Source of the DNA: an uncultured Gemmatimonadales bacterium
GTDB taxonomy: Bacteria > Gemmatimonadota > Gemmatimonadetes > Gemmatimonadales > GWC2-71-9
Reading direction: 5' to 3'
DNA: 64,000 nucleotides
Assembly: GCA_963821525.1 (NCBI GenBank)
Contig: CAWGED010000005.1
Span: 64,001 to 128,000, forward strand
In this document: positions 10,375-20,577 of the stretch, in pieces
Numbering within the stretch: the stretch's first letter is position 1
Layout: each line of letters opens with the position of its first letter
The notes under the pieces: generated by a model
Database searches by the model: none
The model's input: the letters and a program-made list of their open reading frames with translations, nothing else
Told to the model about the DNA's origin: nothing
Translations under genes and position numbers: made by a program

Positions 10375-11109
10375 TCAGCCTTTGCGGTAGCGCCAGAACG
10401 TCTTGGTGCCGATGAACCAGTCCCGCAGCCCGATCTTTTTCCCTTCGGCCTTGGTCCGGGGGAAATAGCGGATCGGCACCTCTCTGATGTTTTTCTTCCG
10501 AGCCAGGAGGCGCGAGGTGATCTCGTGATCCAATTCGAACCCGGTGGTTTCCAGGGGGAGGGACTGGATCAGCGGGGTAGGGAAGAGCTTTAGCGCGGTC
10601 ACGGTGTCGGTGAGATAGCGGCCAGTGCAGAGCAGCGCCACGAAACTGAGACTCTGCCCGCCAAGGTATGCCATCCAGCCCTGACCGGGATGTTTGCCCG
10701 CGAGAAGGTTCACCAGCCAGCCATCGTTCGGGCGTTTGAGATACCGGCTGCCGTACACCGCGTCCACGCCTGCCTCCTGCAGCTTGCGAAACATGGGGAT
10801 GTAGTCGGCCGGCTCGTATTCCAGATCCGCATCCTGAATGATGAGATACTGGCCGGTGGCGAGCCCGATTCCGGTACGAACCGCGGTCCCTTTCCCTCCG
10901 TTCTTCGGCTGATTGTGCAAACGCACCGCGGGGAATGACGCGACGATCTCCGCGGTGCGATCCTTCGAGCAGTCGTTCACGACGATGATTTCCTTGTCCA
11001 GCCCAAGGATGCTCAGGTCGAGTGCCAGGATCCGCTCGAGCAGAGTGCCGATGAATCGCTCCTCGTTGTAGGCCGGGATCACTACCGACAGGACGGCGCG
11101 AGTTGTCAC
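10375..11109 (-). CDS. GT2 dolichol/polyprenyl-phosphate glycosyltransferase-like
   Basis: VVIPAYNEE, VNDCSKD, GKGTA, QDADLEY, GFELDHEIT, EGKKIG. Confidence 0.9.
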   Translation of the reverse strand: MTTRAVLSVVIPAYNEERFIGTLLERILALDLSILGLDKEIIVVNDCSKDRTAEIVASFPAVRLHNQPKNGGKGTAVRTGIGLATGQYLIIQDADLEYEPADYIPMFRKLQEAGVDAVYGSRYLKRPNDGWLVNLLAGKHPGQGWMAYLGGQSLSFVALLCTGRYLTDTVTALKLFPTPLIQSLPLETTGFELDHEITSRLLARKKNIREVPIRYFPRTKAEGKKIGLRDWFIGTKTFWRYRKG

Positions 11110-11112
11110 CGG

Positions 11113-11856
11113 TCAGGCTCCCCGGCCCAGGAACGCCGCCACTCGGCCCAGATCCTCTACCGTGTTGATGCCGATCGCTTCCATCGGATCGGATGCGGGG
11201 AAAGTCTCAATCAGCGCCTGAGCCGCGAGCCAGGGAATGAAGGGAAGGAAATTCCGCTCACGAGTGCTTGTCCCAACGGGCGCCGTTTCGGCGAACCGAG
11301 GCAGCAGCTCCCGGTAGGCCATTCCGCTCAGTCCGAACAGCCCTATGTCGCTCTCTCCGACCGCAGGCATCGCGTCGCCCTCACGTCGCTGGAGCACCCG
11401 GAGGATTCGTCCTTCCCCATCCCGCTCGAAATGGATGTAGGGATTCTCCCCCTTGAGCGTTGGCATGGCCAGATCCGCGGGCGACTGGTCGAGTGTCCTG
11501 GCCAGCCGGTCGGCCGTCGCGCGGGAGACGGCGATCTGATCGCACCAGGTGATCCAGACCTGATCGGCCGACCGGAGGATCGGAGAGCGCGCCGGGACCA
11601 GGATGGCGTCGAGCATCCCTGTGGGCGAGTCCTGGACCGCCAGCTCGATGGGAAATCCGGTCGCGAGGCAATGAGATCGCACTATCGCGAGTGCCTCGGG
11701 ACTCACGACGATCACGAAGCGATCAACCAGGCCGCTGTAGCGCTCCAGGATGTAGTCGAGCATCGCGCGCCCGTTCACCGGCACTACCACTTTGGGGAGT
11801 GCCGATCCCAACCGGGAGCCGCGGCCGGCGGCCGGAACCACCATCACCCGCCTCAT
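11113..11856 (-). CDS. Sugar-phosphate nucleotidyltransferase (GlmU N-terminal-like)
   Basis: VPAAGRGSRLG...PK, WCDQ, GINT motifs. Confidence 0.85.
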   Translation of the reverse strand: MRRVMVVPAAGRGSRLGSALPKVVVPVNGRAMLDYILERYSGLVDRFVIVVSPEALAIVRSHCLATGFPIELAVQDSPTGMLDAILVPARSPILRSADQVWITWCDQIAVSRATADRLARTLDQSPADLAMPTLKGENPYIHFERDGEGRILRVLQRREGDAMPAVGESDIGLFGLSGMAYRELLPRFAETAPVGTSTRERNFLPFIPWLAAQALIETFPASDPMEAIGINTVEDLGRVAAFLGRGA

Positions 11857-12500
11857 TGATCAGAACTCTCGATCATGGCCGCGAGGGAGCGCAGATCGGG
11901 GAAATTCCCGAGGAACCGGGGGCCGGAATACCCAAGATTGTTGCGCACTGCTGCCGACCAAGTGCCTGCGGCGGTCGCGGCCCTGAGCCCAGAGAGGCTG
12001 TCCTCGACGACCAGAGTCCGGTCCGGATCTCCTCCCGAACGCCGTAGCGCCTCCAGATAGGTATCGGGCGCCGGCTTTCCCTCTCGCACGTCGTCGCTCG
12101 TCACCAGGACGGGGATGAGCGGCAGGACTCCGATCTGCCGCAGCAGAAGCTCCGCCGTGTCGCGCGAGGCGCTGGTCCCCACCGCAATCGCAGTTCCTGA
12201 CGCCGTCAATTTTTCCAGGACTTCACGGGTGTCGGGGAATGTCACGGTTTCTTTCTGAAGGTATACGCGAGCTCGCTCCTGCTTGAATCGGATCCACTGC
12301 TCCTCCTGCTCGGTCGTGGGCGCTAGATCCCTGGTAATCTCGCGGATCACCTCGCCGGTCGGCCTGCCCATGATCGAGTCATAGCGTGGTCCTTCGACCC
12401 CGATCTCCTTCCAGAGATCCTGGTAGGCGCGAGCGTGACAGGGGGAACTGTCGGCAAGCACGCCATCCATGTCGAAGATGATCAGGGAGAATCGCGCCAT
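11853..12500 (-). CDS. HAD-family phosphatase/phosphomutase (beta-PGM-like)
   Basis: FDMDGVL, GKPAPD, VVEDS motifs. Confidence 0.9.
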   Translation of the reverse strand: MARFSLIIFDMDGVLADSSPCHARAYQDLWKEIGVEGPRYDSIMGRPTGEVIREITRDLAPTTEQEEQWIRFKQERARVYLQKETVTFPDTREVLEKLTASGTAIAVGTSASRDTAELLLRQIGVLPLIPVLVTSDDVREGKPAPDTYLEALRRSGGDPDRTLVVEDSLSGLRAATAAGTWSAAVRNNLGYSGPRFLGNFPDLRSLAAMIESSDQ

Positions 12501-12509
12501 TCCCGCGCG

Positions 12510-14579
12510 CTACTTTGAGAGCGACACGGTATCCCGCGGCAGGACCACCGGGTCCGTTTCGGCTCGCGGAGTGGGAGGCGCGGCTGGCGCGGCAGGCAGC
12601 GCCGACCAGCGGAGACGCAGGATCGTCGCCAGCGACCGCAACCCGTCACCCATTGTCGTGCGGCGAACCTTCTCCGGCGAAATGGGGAAGTAGTACACCG
12701 GCGTTTCGAACACCTCGGCTCGCTGGCGGAGAAGGTTGGAAAGCAGCACCTGGTTGAATTCCCGTTGGCGGTAGTCGAAGGGCCCGCTGCGGAGGAAGCT
12801 GGAGCGCACCACCCGCGCTCCCGAGAGTGTGTCGGAAATGAAGCGCCCGTAGAGCGTGAAATAGGCGAGGCTCAGGACGTGCGACCCGATGTAGCTGACG
12901 ATGCTCTTGAGCGTCTTGCTCCGGTACACGAGCTGGTAGGCCGCCTTGATGTCGTTGACCGACAGACGACGGCTTCCCCATACCGCATCGAGCCGTCCGC
13001 CCTCGAGGTGCCGTGCCAGGCTCACGATGTCCTCGCCCTTGTACATGCCGGAGGATTCGAACAGTAGCACGTAATCGTATCCCGGATCATTCACGACTCG
13101 GGCGAATGCGGCCTCTATGGACGAGCCCTGGGTCGCGAGATTCCTCGCCTCGAAGGGAAGGGAGTTCCCGAAATCTTCGTCGAAGGATTCGGGGCCCTCG
13201 TAAAACAGCGTCACCACGACCGGAAGCTGATCTATTCCGGCGCGGACCATCTCGATGATGGTCTGCCCGGTCTTGTTGAGCGACTGGCCCTCCACCAGGA
13301 GCACCGCCAGCCGCAAACGCTCGTCCCGTCGCAGGAACGACTTGATGAACGGGGTGAGGACCTTGGTCGCGTCGTGGCGGCCGGTTACTCCGTCCTCGTA
13401 GTTCCCGATACGGACCAGTCGCGGGTCCTCGATACTGTCGAGGTGGCCCAGCGGAACGTACGGCGCGCCGCTTTCGCTCCGGCCTGGGTCGTTGATGAAA
13501 TAGTGGGTGATGAGGCACGGAGTGGGAATGCTCAGCTGCCCCTTTTCCCGCAGGTAGTAAAGTGCTTTGTCTACCAGGTCCACGGCGCTGCTGCCGGAAA
13601 TCTCCGCGTCCTCATGCAGGTTGGTGATCAGGACCTTGACCGCCCGGAGATTCCGAGCGATGGCCCTGCCGATGCCCGGCGTGAAGTATGAGGGGAACAG
13701 GCTCGAGTGCTGGGTGCCCGGCGCGAACACGATGATGTCCGCCTCGGCAATCCTGGCGAGCAGGCGCGGGTTGGGAACCGGCTTGACGGAATTGGCGGCA
13801 AGGAAGCGCTGCAACGCAGCCGGCCCTTCTCGCCCCAGTTGCTTTCGCTCTTCGGCGGTCGTCAGTCGGCGGAGGAGATAAATGTCCTGCAGGTACTGTG
13901 GCTTGTCGGCGGTGACGATGTCGGCCTCGGTGGCGAGCAGGTTCCCGTCACCGTCAACCGCGACCAGGCAGAGATTGGCGCCGTTGGTCACGTTTTCGAT
14001 CATGCCGGCGGGAATTCCCATCAGCCCGGTGTAGTCCTCGACTGCGCGGTTGAAGTCGCGGCCGACCTCGAGGAAGCATCCGGCGAAAACCAGATTGCCC
14101 AGGCTGCAATCGGCGAAGCTGAACCGGTACCCGGTGCGGGCACGCTCCTGCTCGAAGCGATCGAGACGGTTCGCCAGAAGGTCGGCGGTGCGACGGTCGA
14201 TCCCGCCGACCAGGTTCCGCAACGTGCGCTGGAACTCATCCGCCGCTGGCGGCCCGCCTTCACGAAGTTGAGCGAACGATGCTCTCGCCTGCTCGAAACC
14301 GTACTCATCGGGAAAGCGGAGATCGAGCAGTTTGACGAGCCGTTCATCGCAGGTATGCAACTCGGTCGCGAGCCGCGACGCGTTCTTCCGGAAATCGGAG
14401 GGGCCAAGACAGTCGCCGAGGAAACGACGCACCTCGCCGGTGGACAGCCCGTCGTCGTACCCATTGATCGCAAGGGTGAGCGCGATGCGCTCGCTGCGAA
14501 TGAGCTCCTGCGAGAGCACGCTCGACCCGCGTCCCCCGGTGAAGAGGACTACGCGAACCGGGTTCTGGGAGCTGGCCAT
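12510..14579 (-). CDS. YvcK/CofD-family domain fused to a degenerate GT2-like domain
   Basis: N-terminal FTGGRG, NGYDDGLSTG, PSDFRK, FAPGTQHSSL; C-terminal DAVWGSR, SDTLSG, ETPVYYFP parallel the neighbouring GT2; start could be 14633. Confidence 0.75.
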   Translation of the reverse strand: MASSQNPVRVVLFTGGRGSSVLSQELIRSERIALTLAINGYDDGLSTGEVRRFLGDCLGPSDFRKNASRLATELHTCDERLVKLLDLRFPDEYGFEQARASFAQLREGGPPAADEFQRTLRNLVGGIDRRTADLLANRLDRFEQERARTGYRFSFADCSLGNLVFAGCFLEVGRDFNRAVEDYTGLMGIPAGMIENVTNGANLCLVAVDGDGNLLATEADIVTADKPQYLQDIYLLRRLTTAEERKQLGREGPAALQRFLAANSVKPVPNPRLLARIAEADIIVFAPGTQHSSLFPSYFTPGIGRAIARNLRAVKVLITNLHEDAEISGSSAVDLVDKALYYLREKGQLSIPTPCLITHYFINDPGRSESGAPYVPLGHLDSIEDPRLVRIGNYEDGVTGRHDATKVLTPFIKSFLRRDERLRLAVLLVEGQSLNKTGQTIIEMVRAGIDQLPVVVTLFYEGPESFDEDFGNSLPFEARNLATQGSSIEAAFARVVNDPGYDYVLLFESSGMYKGEDIVSLARHLEGGRLDAVWGSRRLSVNDIKAAYQLVYRSKTLKSIVSYIGSHVLSLAYFTLYGRFISDTLSGARVVRSSFLRSGPFDYRQREFNQVLLSNLLRQRAEVFETPVYYFPISPEKVRRTTMGDGLRSLATILRLRWSALPAAPAAPPTPRAETDPVVLPRDTVSLSK

Positions 14580-14610
14580 ACCCGCTCGAGTGCTGGAAGT
14601 GGAGGCTGGA

Positions 14611-15948
14611 TCAGGCGCCATCGGGGGCCGCAAATGGTGTGCCCGGAACCCGGGCCTGCCAGGCGAAGAAAAGGTCCTTGTACCACACCAGCCACAGGAG
14701 ATACAGTAGCAGCGTGCCGCTCTTCACCAGGCTCACCGCAAAGAGGGCAGCGTTGCTTTCTATCGCCACATGGGAGCGGAAGAACATCACGAAGATCAGG
14801 TTCTGGAAGAGCGCCACGACGAAGATGGCTGCCAGCAGTCGGCGTGCGGGACGGGTGAGCTGCGGCCCCGCCGCGATGAGGCAGGCGAGAGGGAGAAACA
14901 ACACCGCCAGATAGTGCTCCCACACTACCTGGGAAAGCAGCAGGCAGAAGCTCGTCGCGAGCAGAAAGTTGAAATGGCGGCGCTGGGGCGGGCTTCCATT
15001 CCTGCTTGCGGCTTCGCAGCGCGAGCCAGATGAAAACGCCCAGCACCGCGACTTTGAGTGCGGTGCGCAGCAAGTCCGGGAGGGGGCCGCCAGCCCCGGG
15101 AATCGGAGCCGATCCTTGTATCGGCCGAAATGCGTCGGCCAGGATATACAGGGAGCTGTTGAAGAACCACGGCGTAGGCCGTTGGCTTCCCCGCAGCAGG
15201 ACGTCGATGAATTCCCGGTGCAGCGGCCAACCAAGCAGTAGAATCGAGAGCAGGCCCGCAGTGCCGAACACTCCTGCGATTGCGAAAAACAGCCGCCGAT
15301 CCGAAAGCAGCACCAACAGCGCCGGAGCGATCAGGAACGCGGGCTTGAATAGCACCGCGGCAAGCAGCCCCAAAGCAGTGGCGATCGGCTGGTTCCGCTG
15401 ATGTGCCAGGAGAGCGAGGAGAAGAAACAGGAATACGAATGGAGTGGTCTGCCCGCCGACCCGGTACATCGTCCAGAACGGTTGATAGACCAGCGCCGCC
15501 AATGAGAAGACGGCGGCAAAGCGCGCCTGGTCGAGCGGTGAGCTCGACGCCGTGCCCCGCAGGTGCCGGTAGAGGAGGACGAGACCACCTGCGTATGCGA
15601 GACTTCCGCCGAGCTTGAAGAGGATCAGAGCGACTTCGGGAGAGAACACGCTCAGCGGAGCGTAAAACCAGGCGGAGATCGGTGCTCCCCAGAACGCCAT
15701 GCCCTCCCTGAGGTGCCTGAGCCGGCAATCGTGGCGGTCGGGTCATAGATAGTCATCAACTGACCCGCCGCCGCTCGACGACCCGTATCGTAGAAGTTGG
15801 CAAAGTCCCAACCCAGACCGGCGGGAACCAGAATGCCTGTGATCGCCACCAGCCCGATGCCGGCACACGCGGCGATCGTGACGGCGCGCCAGATCTGAAT
15901 CTGGGCGGCTTCCGAGTCGGGCAGTGTCAGGGCACTTTGTGCGGTCAT
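14611..15948 (-). CDS. GT87/DUF2029-like GT-C glycosyltransferase, frameshifts at ~15720 and ~14990
   Basis: WDFANFY, GQTTP, LFKP, NSSL, VWEHY motifs across three frames. Confidence 0.75.
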
Positions 15949-15979
15949 GGAATCCGGGTTATGGTCGGCTGGGTGGTGT

Positions 15980-15995
15980 TGCAAATCAGGGTCCG
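15980..15995 (-). promoter_or_regulatory. Putative sigma-54 promoter for the 15948-to-10375 operon
   Basis: Minus strand CGGACCCTGATTTGCA, GG-N10-GC with TTGCA, ~32 nt upstream of ATG 15948. Confidence 0.5.
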
Positions 15996-16064
15996 CACGC
16001 CTCTTGCTGCAGAAGGCCGCTCGAAGGAGCTTAATAATCGACCGGATCCGGGATAGAATCCAGC

Positions 16065-16788
16065 TTGCAAAATATTGCCACCAAATCGGTTAGAGAACAT
16101 CCCTCCGGGTCAGGAGACTTTGCCTGGTTGGCGACCGCCCGCCAGACGATCCCCCGGCTCTTCCGGCTGATCGGCTGCCTGCGGCCTACCCTCCACATTT
16201 CGGATATCCGCCAACTCGAACCCGCGATTCTCACCGACCGGGGGATCAGCGCGGTGCTATGGGACGTGGACGGTACCCTGATGAAGCATCACGGAGATCG
16301 GGTAGATCCCGAGTTGCTTCCCGCTTTCGAGCGGCTTGTCGCTCAAAATGGGGTCCAGCATGCCATCCTCTCCAACTGTGGCGAGGGACGCTTCATCGAG
16401 CTGGGCAAGATTTTCCCTAATCTCCCGGTCCTGCGCGCCTATTCACTTTCCGGGCGCGTGGTGCGTCGCAGTCTGTTCCAGGGTCAGGACTGCTGGAGCG
16501 ACCCTGCGGCGCAGGCGTTTCACCCGCATCAACTGCAGCGCATCAGCAAACCCAGCGACACCCTCCTCCATTGCGTGATGGAGGAACTTGGGGCTTACCG
16601 ATCCTTCCACCCTGATGATGGTCGGCGACCAGTACTTCACCGATGTGGCGGGCGCGAATCTCTGTGGTGCCGTTTCCGTGAAGGTATCAACTTGGCGGCG
16701 GGATAGCTTTCCCCTGGCACTACGGCTGTTCCAGCGGGCGGAGAAGGTAGTCTACGCCGTCCGCTACGGCGGCGAGGCATCCGCCTGA
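16065..16788 (+). CDS. YqeG-like HAD IIIA phosphatase, frameshift at ~16590
   Basis: WDVDGTL, ILSN, SKP, then MMVGDQYFTDVAGAN in the next frame; start uncertain. Confidence 0.75.
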
Positions 16789-16799
16789 AACCGCTCGCT

Positions 16800-17892
16800 G
16801 TGGTGCACGCCGTCGCCCCCGGAAAGGTGGGAGGCCTGGAGAGCGTCGTTCAATCCCTGGCGATCGGTCAACACTCCAACGGGTGTCGAGTTAGTGTCTG
16901 CTCGGTCGTGTCGCCGGGGGAAGAAGACCTCCCGCTGCATCAGGCACTGGTGGCCGGTGGTGTCCCGGTGACTCCCGTGGTCATTGGCGGACGGCAATAT
17001 CTGCGGGAGCTGCGTCAGGTCACCGAGGTGCTGCGACGGGCCGCGCCTGACATCGTGCATACCCATGGATATCGATCGGACTTGGTCGCCGGCCGCGCCG
17101 CGAGGAGCCAGGCTTAAAGACCGTCTCCACCGTGCATGGGTTTACCGGCGGCGACTGGAAAAACCGGCTGTATGAACGGTTGCAATCGAGGTCCTTCCGG
17201 CGGTTCGACGCCGTGGTTGCGGTGTCGCGTCCCTTGGTGGCACGCCTCGCCGGACAGGGGGTTCCCCACGAGCGGATCCACCTGATTCCCAACGGGTGGG
17301 GTGGCTCTGCCCCGGCGTTCGACCGAGCCGAGGCTCGGCGGGTTCTGGGTATCCCACTGGACGAGTTCGTCGTGGGGTGGGTGGGAAGGCTGAGCCGGGA
17401 AAAAGGCGCCGACGTTCTGCTCGATGCATTGCCGATGATCTCCGGCTCGGCTTCTCTCTCCATTCTGGGGGAGGGTCGAGAATCCGATCGGCTTCGGACC
17501 CAGGCCGAGTCACTAGGTATCTCGAACCGAATTCGGTGGCATGGCACGATTCCGGGAGCCAATCGCCTGTACCGGGCGTTTGATGTGTTTGCCCTGAGCT
17601 CGCGTACTGAGGGGACCCCCATCGCGCTGTTTGAGGCCATGGCTGCGGGCGTTCCGGTTGTGGCGACGGCCGTCGGTGGTGTGCCCGATGTCGTCGGCGA
17701 TCAGGAGGCGCGATTGGTGCCGGCTGAGTCTCCCGGGAATTGGCCCGGGCCATCGTGGGGCTCCGGGAAGCCCCGGGTCGGCGGAAAGCCCTGGCTGATG
17801 CGGCGACAGCGCGGTTGGCCGACGCCTATGCGCTTCCCGCGTGGGTCGCGCGATACGCGGGTCTCTATGGCTCGCTTCTCGTCTCACGGTGA
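16800..17892 (+). CDS. GT4 glycosyltransferase, frameshifts at ~17110 and ~17740
   Basis: GGLE, PDIVHTH, TVHG, GRLSREKG, SRTEGTPIALFEAMA, VGGVPD; reconstructed stop TGA at 17890-17892. Confidence 0.8.
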
Positions 17893-17896
17893 TTGG

Positions 17897-19063
17897 ATGA
17901 CTGCTCTGGAATACACACTGATCGGGCTGCCCGTGGTCTTCGCGATCTATGCCTACCTCGGCTATCCCGTTCTGCTCCGCCTCATGAGTCTTCTCCGGCC
18001 GGCTAAACCGCGACCCGCCGATCCAGAGCAGTGGCCGAGCATCAGTATCAGTATGCCGGCTTACAACGAGGAGGCTTCGATCCGCGGGACCATCGAAAGT
18101 CTGCTCGCGCTCGACTACCCTCGTGAGCGCTGCCAGATCGTGATCATTTCGGATGCATCCACCGACCGCACCGACGAAATCGTGAGCGAGTACGCCGATC
18201 GCGGCGTCGACCTGCTGCGGTTGGGGAACCGGAGTGGCAAAACCGCTGCTGAGAATGCCGCAGCCTCGCGTCTCCGGGGCGATATCGTCGTCAACACCGA
18301 CGCGACGATCCGGATTCTCCCGCAGTCTCTGAAGCCGCTGATCCGAGCCTTCCAGGACCCCACTGTCGGGGTAGCGTCGGGCCGGGATCTCAGTGTGGGA
18401 GATCTGAACGTCGTGGCGACCAGCGATGAGTCCCGTTATGTGGGCTATGAGATGTGGCTGCGATCGCTGGAGACCTCATGCGGTTCAATCGTCGGCGCCA
18501 GCGGCTGCTTCTATGCCATTCGCCGGGAACTGCACCAGAGCCTCTTTCCCGAAGCCCTGAGCCGGGATTTCGCGTCGGCCCTGGTCGCCCGGGAGCATGG
18601 ATTCCGCGCGGTCTCGGTCGATGAGGCGGTTTGCCTCGTGCCTCGAAGCGTGTCCCTGCCACGCGAATTCCATCGCAAGGTCCGCACGATGGCCCGCGGG
18701 CTGGAGACCCTTTGGTTCAAGCGCCAGCTGCTCAATCCGTTTCGCTATGGCTCCTTTGCCTGGATGCTGGCGAGCCATAAGCTCTGCCGCTGGCTGGTGT
18801 TTCTTTTTGCTCCCCTGCTGCTGATCGGGTTGGCAATGCTCAGCTTGAGATCGCCGATCGCCGCATTGCTTTTCCTTGCGGGACTCATGGTGCTCGTGAC
18901 CGGTGCAATCGCTCTGCGGTGGCCGGAGGGGAGGCCGATGCCGCGTCTCATGGGCGTGTGCGGATTCGTTGTCGCGACCCATCTGGCGGGACTGCTGGCG
19001 TGGGCCAAGGCACTGCGAGGCGAGCGCAACCCGATCTGGGAGCCGACCCGGCGGGCGGCTTGA
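17897..19063 (+). CDS. GT2 glycosyltransferase with TM helices (PgaC/IcaA-like)
   Basis: PAYNEE, SDASTDRT, GKTAA, NTDA, GASGCFYAIRR, SHKLCRW. Confidence 0.85.
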   Translation: MTALEYTLIGLPVVFAIYAYLGYPVLLRLMSLLRPAKPRPADPEQWPSISISMPAYNEEASIRGTIESLLALDYPRERCQIVIISDASTDRTDEIVSEYADRGVDLLRLGNRSGKTAAENAAASRLRGDIVVNTDATIRILPQSLKPLIRAFQDPTVGVASGRDLSVGDLNVVATSDESRYVGYEMWLRSLETSCGSIVGASGCFYAIRRELHQSLFPEALSRDFASALVAREHGFRAVSVDEAVCLVPRSVSLPREFHRKVRTMARGLETLWFKRQLLNPFRYGSFAWMLASHKLCRWLVFLFAPLLLIGLAMLSLRSPIAALLFLAGLMVLVTGAIALRWPEGRPMPRLMGVCGFVVATHLAGLLAWAKALRGERNPIWEPTRRAA

Positions 19064-19067
19064 TGAA

Positions 19068-19700
19068 CTAGGCTGGGAGGGAACGAAAGACGGCGGGAAC
19101 CAGGTCCGCAGCCACTCGGCTCGCCTGGTCGACTGCCTGGCTCTCGGTGACTTTGTCGTTGAGGAACACCACGACTCGCACCAACGCTTCCTCCGACCGG
19201 CCTCGAAGCGCCGCATCCCGCAGCAATTCCCATTTCACCTGATATTCGCTCGCCGCGACCCGGCCCCGCCCCTGGTACCAGTAGAACACCAGGGCCTGTT
19301 GGTTCTTGTTCTGGAGCAGGTACCGGTTGACCGTGACGGGACCGTTGGCCGTGGTCACCGCGATCGGTGCCGCCTCCAGAGCCTCCCATCCCGATCCCGG
19401 AAGACAGTTCTTGGGCGAGTGGATCGTTTTGCCCTGAGTCTGGTGATCGTAGTAGCCGACGTACACGCTGATGGGGGACGGTCCTTCCTCGAACACCCGG
19501 AAGATGTAGGACGTCATACCCGCGGCGACGCGCTCGTTCTCCGCGATCTCCAGATCGCGTCCGGCCCTTCCCCCCAGCGTCATCGGGATCGAGTCGAGCG
19601 GCTCGGCAAGCGGCATGTTGCGCTGCCGATCCACGCCGAGCGTAAGGAGACAACCGGCGCCCAACAGAAAGGCCGGTATCCACCGAGTCATCGCGATCAC
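19068..19700 (-). CDS. epsI: Exosortase-associated EpsI family protein
   Basis: YVGYY, HSPKNCLPGSGW, FYWYQ, ALVRV motifs. Confidence 0.85.
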   Translation of the reverse strand: MIAMTRWIPAFLLGAGCLLTLGVDRQRNMPLAEPLDSIPMTLGGRAGRDLEIAENERVAAGMTSYIFRVFEEGPSPISVYVGYYDHQTQGKTIHSPKNCLPGSGWEALEAAPIAVTTANGPVTVNRYLLQNKNQQALVFYWYQGRGRVAASEYQVKWELLRDAALRGRSEEALVRVVVFLNDKVTESQAVDQASRVAADLVPAVFRSLPA

Positions 19701-20569
19701 GCGGCCTTCCTTTCCGTCATCCACCGCTCAACTCCCGCCACGACCCAGGTGAAGGCACCCAGGAGCAGGAATGCGATGACGAACAGAAGCCAGCCTTCAC
19801 TCAGGTGCATGAAACCTTCGCCCAGATCCGGAGAGACGAAGTACACCAGGAAGCCGGTCAGGAAGACTCGGAAGGCGTTGACGACCATCGCCACAGGAAT
19901 CGCCGCGAGGACCAGCAGGATGCGACCCGCCGGATGTCGCAGCCAGAGGCCACCTACCAGGACTCCGAGACTCAGCAGCGCCGTCAGGGAACGCAGGCCG
20001 CTGCACGCCTCGGTGACGAACAGCTGGCGTCCCGGAAGCTGGATGACGTTACCGGAAAGGTTCACCGGAACATGCCGGAACTCGAGCAATGCCGCTCCCC
20101 AGCGAGAGGCACGCAGCTGAAGCGGCAGGGCTAGGCTGCTGGTGACTATGTCCGGCAGCGGAATGGACAACACCAGAAGGATTACCGGGAGCCACCAGTG
20201 AAGGAGTTGTCGCCAGCCACACCAGAAGACAACCAGCCCGGCAGCGCCCATCAGTAGGGAGAGGCGCATGGTGAATAGCTCGGCGGCGAGTCCCGAGAGG
20301 TACCGGAGCAGCACGGCCCCAGTGAGAATCAGGGCCCCGCTTACCCGCGCCGGCCGCGCCGCGACCAGGCCGCTACGCCATGCCAGCCAGATAGCGAGGG
20401 GCGCCAGCAACAGGCCGTGTCCCGCGTCCGGGTCGTTCCACCAGTCGCGGACGAGAAGGACTGCGGGTTTGCTGAAGAGAATGGCGAACGCGATCGCCGC
20501 CAGAACCGCTGGACTATGATCGGCGAGTCGGATCGCGGGCGTGGAGACCGGCTCTGCAGTCGCCGCCAC
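19697..20569 (-). CDS. Exosortase (EpsH/XrtA family)
   Basis: GHGLL, LPLQL, VTEACSGLRSL (catalytic Cys), NAFR (Arg), FMHLSEG (His); GTG start at 20569 inferred. Confidence 0.9.
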   Translation of the reverse strand: MAATAEPVSTPAIRLADHSPAVLAAIAFAILFSKPAVLLVRDWWNDPDAGHGLLLAPLAIWLAWRSGLVAARPARVSGALILTGAVLLRYLSGLAAELFTMRLSLLMGAAGLVVFWCGWRQLLHWWLPVILLVLSIPLPDIVTSSLALPLQLRASRWGAALLEFRHVPVNLSGNVIQLPGRQLFVTEACSGLRSLTALLSLGVLVGGLWLRHPAGRILLVLAAIPVAMVVNAFRVFLTGFLVYFVSPDLGEGFMHLSEGWLLFVIAFLLLGAFTWVVAGVERWMTERKAA

Positions 20570-20577
20570 AGGGTTAG

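Noticed and set aside
17132..19063. Apparent GT4-GT2 fusion (643 aa ORF)
   Set aside because: The GT4 C-terminus lies in another frame ending at 17892 and GT2 has its own ATG at 17897
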